From Bacteroidota bacterium (GTDB taxonomy: Bacteria > Bacteroidota > Bacteroidia > Bacteroidales > GWE2-29-8), in assembly GCA_030706235.1 (NCBI GenBank), contig JAUZOY010000003.1:1-40181 (forward strand): a DNA stretch of 40,181 nucleotides. The letters are read 5' to 3'. Of the stretch, positions 37,792-40,181 are shown piece by piece; position 1 is the first letter of the stretch; every line of letters starts with the position of its first letter. The position numbers and the translations under genes are program-made. The notes beneath the pieces were generated by a model. It was not told where the DNA came from. It saw only the letters and a list, made by a program, of their open reading frames with translations, and made no database searches.

Positions 37792-38487
37792 TTATTTACT
37801 ATTAATTACATTCTTGCAGTGTATAAGCCTTTTTATTGCTGTAATATTTGATAATATTGCTACAATACAGATAGGAAGTGTAAAAATTGTAATTGTTTCA
37901 AAAATCTCAAATGGTAACCACTCAAGGTAAATTCTATGATTTCCTCCTGTAAGACCTCCAACAATTCCACATATCATTCCGGAAGCACCAATTACAACAA
38001 TTCTTTCAGGTCGTTGCATTAGTCCTCCTTTACATTCAATTCCCAGTCCTTCAGCTCTTGCTCTTGTATAACTAACCATCATTGAGCCTATCAAAGCAAT
38101 GAAAGCAGACATTGAACTTAAAAAATAATGTTGTGCATCCAGATAATAGCATATTCCAAAAAACATAATTAATTCACTGTATCTATCAAGAACTGAATCA
38201 TAAAGAGCTCCAAAACGCGAACTCATGTTTCCAAGTCGTGCAACTTGTCCGTCAAGCATATCAAATAAACCTGCAAATAGAATTAGTCCACTACCCCAAC
38301 CAATATATTTCAGATCTGATCTGTTTGCATTTTCTCCTCCATATATAAATACAATTGTTGCAAGAAAATTTAAAATCAGACCTATTGTAGTGATTGTATT
38401 TGGCCTTACTCCAATTTTTATCAAAAATCTTACAAAAGGATTTATAATCTTATAAATTATTTGTTGAGCTATATCTCTAAATTTCAT
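37792..38487 (-). CDS. CDP-alcohol phosphatidyltransferase (probable phosphatidylinositol-phosphate synthase)
   Basis: Signature DMLDGQVAR...FGALYDSVLDRYSE, plus VSYTRARAEGLG and GLMQRPER as in PIP synthases. Confidence 0.88.
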   Translation of the reverse strand: MKFRDIAQQIIYKIINPFVRFLIKIGVRPNTITTIGLILNFLATIVFIYGGENANRSDLKYIGWGSGLILFAGLFDMLDGQVARLGNMSSRFGALYDSVLDRYSELIMFFGICYYLDAQHYFLSSMSAFIALIGSMMVSYTRARAEGLGIECKGGLMQRPERIVVIGASGMICGIVGGLTGGNHRIYLEWLPFEIFETITIFTLPICIVAILSNITAIKRLIHCKNVINSK

Positions 38488-38498
38488 AATAATTAATT

Positions 38499-40181
38499 TT
38501 AAAAATCAAGTTTAAATCTTGCACGAATACCTGTACTTGATACATTGGGATGATCTGTATAAGTAAGTCTTCTGACCAAATCAATTCTAAAGAGTTTAAA
38601 AATATTTGCAATGCCAACACTTGCTTCAATATAAGGTTGTTTGTCAAGCGTATATGTTATAGGTACCGAATTATTATCAACAGGAAATTTGAATAAATCT
38701 TTATTATTTTCCGGATTGTTTCTATCGCTGACTTTTCCGTAAAGTGCTTTGCATGAAATTATTTCTCTTAATTTCAGCTTTTTAACTATAGGAATTTTGT
38801 TAAAAATAAAACCATTGAAACAATGTTCATAATTTAATGAAGCATATTCATCACTTACAAATTCAAGAAAATTCATGAGATTGTATGACTGAAGCTGATA
38901 GGAATATGTTTGATTTGCTCGTGCTATAAACAATTCGGGATAAGATACCGTGCCGAATATTTTACCATATTCAATACTTACATCAGAGTATCCAATAACT
39001 GACATGTTAAATCTCTTATCGATTCTTAGAATTAATTTATTATAATTGTAATCATTTTGTAAATATTTTGATCCTAATGAATATTGTAATTGAAATACAG
39101 GATATTTTAATTCAATAGGTATTCTGTATGATTTCCCCTGATAGAATTGCTCATTTGGCGCATATCTAAGATTGACATACAATTCTGAAATATTAACTTT
39201 ATCAGGATTATTATTATGTAAAGAATAGTCCATGGTATTATAAAATAAACTTCCTGAAGGTCTTTGGATTATATTTTCAAATCCCAGGGTATATGAGAAA
39301 TGATTATTGAATTCGTTAAGATGTTCAATCTTGAATGTTTTATTATATAGTAATTTATCATTAACTCCTCTTTTGATTGATAAAAGAAAGTTATCTTCCT
39401 GAACAAACTGAAGCTCTTGCCCGGGAATTTTAGTCTCGTCCTGATATGATACTTTTATAGATTTTACAGGAAATTCGAAAACATTCCTTTCTGTAAGAGA
39501 GTATGTCCCTCCTAAATAATATTTGAAATTTTCATCTTTAAAACCATATGCAAGGTAAGACTCAATATTATATTTTTTACTGAATTTATTTGTCGTTCTT
39601 CCTCCGAATCTCAGCCTTAACCCTTCAATAGGATTATAACTGTAGAATGTACTAACAGGTCCTACATCAAAATACCCTACATCTTTATAACCTTCGAGTA
39701 GTATCATTAGTATGTCCATAGTTCGACGAAATGCAGGAACTTTTTTTACGCTGTCTATTACATCATAAGTACCTTTTTCAGATTTTGATAGTTGCTGGAA
39801 CCTGTTTTTTTCCCAAAATATGGCATCGTGTTTTTCTGCATTTTTATCAACGACTAATTTTAATCCTGTATAAGTACTGTCTCCTCTAATCTTATTTATT
39901 TTATAATCTTTGTAATATACAGCTCTTTGACCAAAGATTCCCATTTTGTTCTTTGATAGTCCGAAATCAACAGAAATTTCATCTGATGAAAGTATCCAAT
40001 TGCCATCTTCCATTTTATCAAATTCCTGTACAATTTTAAGATCTTTTACCCAATTCAGATTAATATTAGTATTTACTGACATATCTATTTTTTTTATAAC
40101 ATAGCTACTGTCAAGTGTAATCCAAAAAGTGCCCTGAAAAAGCATATCTGTTTTGTTTCGTGGCGAAAAAAATACTTTTGC
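38499..40181 (-). CDS. DUF5686-type outer-membrane protein (5' end off the window)
   Basis: The frame is open to the window end (AKVFFSPRNKTDMLFQG...). YNPIEGLRLRFGGRT, FNGFIFNKIP, PYIEASVGIANIFKLFRIDLV and a C-terminal beta-signal RFKLDF. Confidence 0.82.
   Translation of the reverse strand, partial: AKVFFSPRNKTDMLFQGTFWITLDSSYVIKKIDMSVNTNINLNWVKDLKIVQEFDKMEDGNWILSSDEISVDFGLSKNKMGIFGQRAVYYKDYKINKIRGDSTYTGLKLVVDKNAEKHDAIFWEKNRFQQLSKSEKGTYDVIDSVKKVPAFRRTMDILMILLEGYKDVGYFDVGPVSTFYSYNPIEGLRLRFGGRTTNKFSKKYNIESYLAYGFKDENFKYYLGGTYSLTERNVFEFPVKSIKVSYQDETKIPGQELQFVQEDNFLLSIKRGVNDKLLYNKTFKIEHLNEFNNHFSYTLGFENIIQRPSGSLFYNTMDYSLHNNNPDKVNISELYVNLRYAPNEQFYQGKSYRIPIELKYPVFQLQYSLGSKYLQNDYNYNKLILRIDKRFNMSVIGYSDVSIEYGKIFGTVSYPELFIARANQTYSYQLQSYNLMNFLEFVSDEYASLNYEHCFNGFIFNKIPIVKKLKLREIISCKALYGKVSDRNNPENNKDLFKFPVDNNSVPITYTLDKQPYIEASVGIANIFKLFRIDLVRRLTYTDHPNVSSTGIRARFKLDF

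Noticed and set aside
1216-38455. About 30 short ORFs in the track lying antisense to, or out of frame within, long genes (e.g. 1216-1437, 2963-3295, 8193-8477, 32893-33348, 38225-38455)
   Set aside because: They are nested in well-supported genes, have no recognisable motifs and look like shadow ORFs.

Overview
AT-rich chromosomal segment of a Bacteroidota (probably Bacteroidales-like) bacterium. The assignment rests on repeated TAnnTTTG -7 promoter boxes, A-rich start contexts without Shine-Dalgarno motifs, DUF3857/DUF5686/DUF4833-type proteins and bcp-recA synteny. Gene content is mostly housekeeping and envelope: a partial ComEA-like gene, an aspartyl protease-PDZ lipoprotein, a DUF3857/transglutaminase pair, an Fe-ADH, a TetR-TolC-HlyD-ABC exporter operon, the nadB operon, bcp-recA-sirB1-like-FkbM-GT4, HAD-rarA, rsmI-wecB, thiL, a TetR-TolC-MFP-RND operon, and the distal part of a probable inositol-lipid cluster (DUF5686, CDP-alcohol phosphotransferase, DUF4833, AUR1-like synthase). 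No rRNA, tRNA, CRISPR array, integrase or transposase was recognised. The most notable signals are missing from the ORF track. First, a 95-bp internally deleted four-helix-bundle gene (12673-12767) sits between two ABC ATPase genes, bracketed by 7-mer and 9-mer tandem arrays that supply the neighbouring stop and start codons. Second, 'empty' 7-mer arrays occur at other gene junctions. Third, there is a BoxC-like G-rich hairpin and a REP-like palindrome. Family assignments come from motifs recognised by eye; no searches were run.
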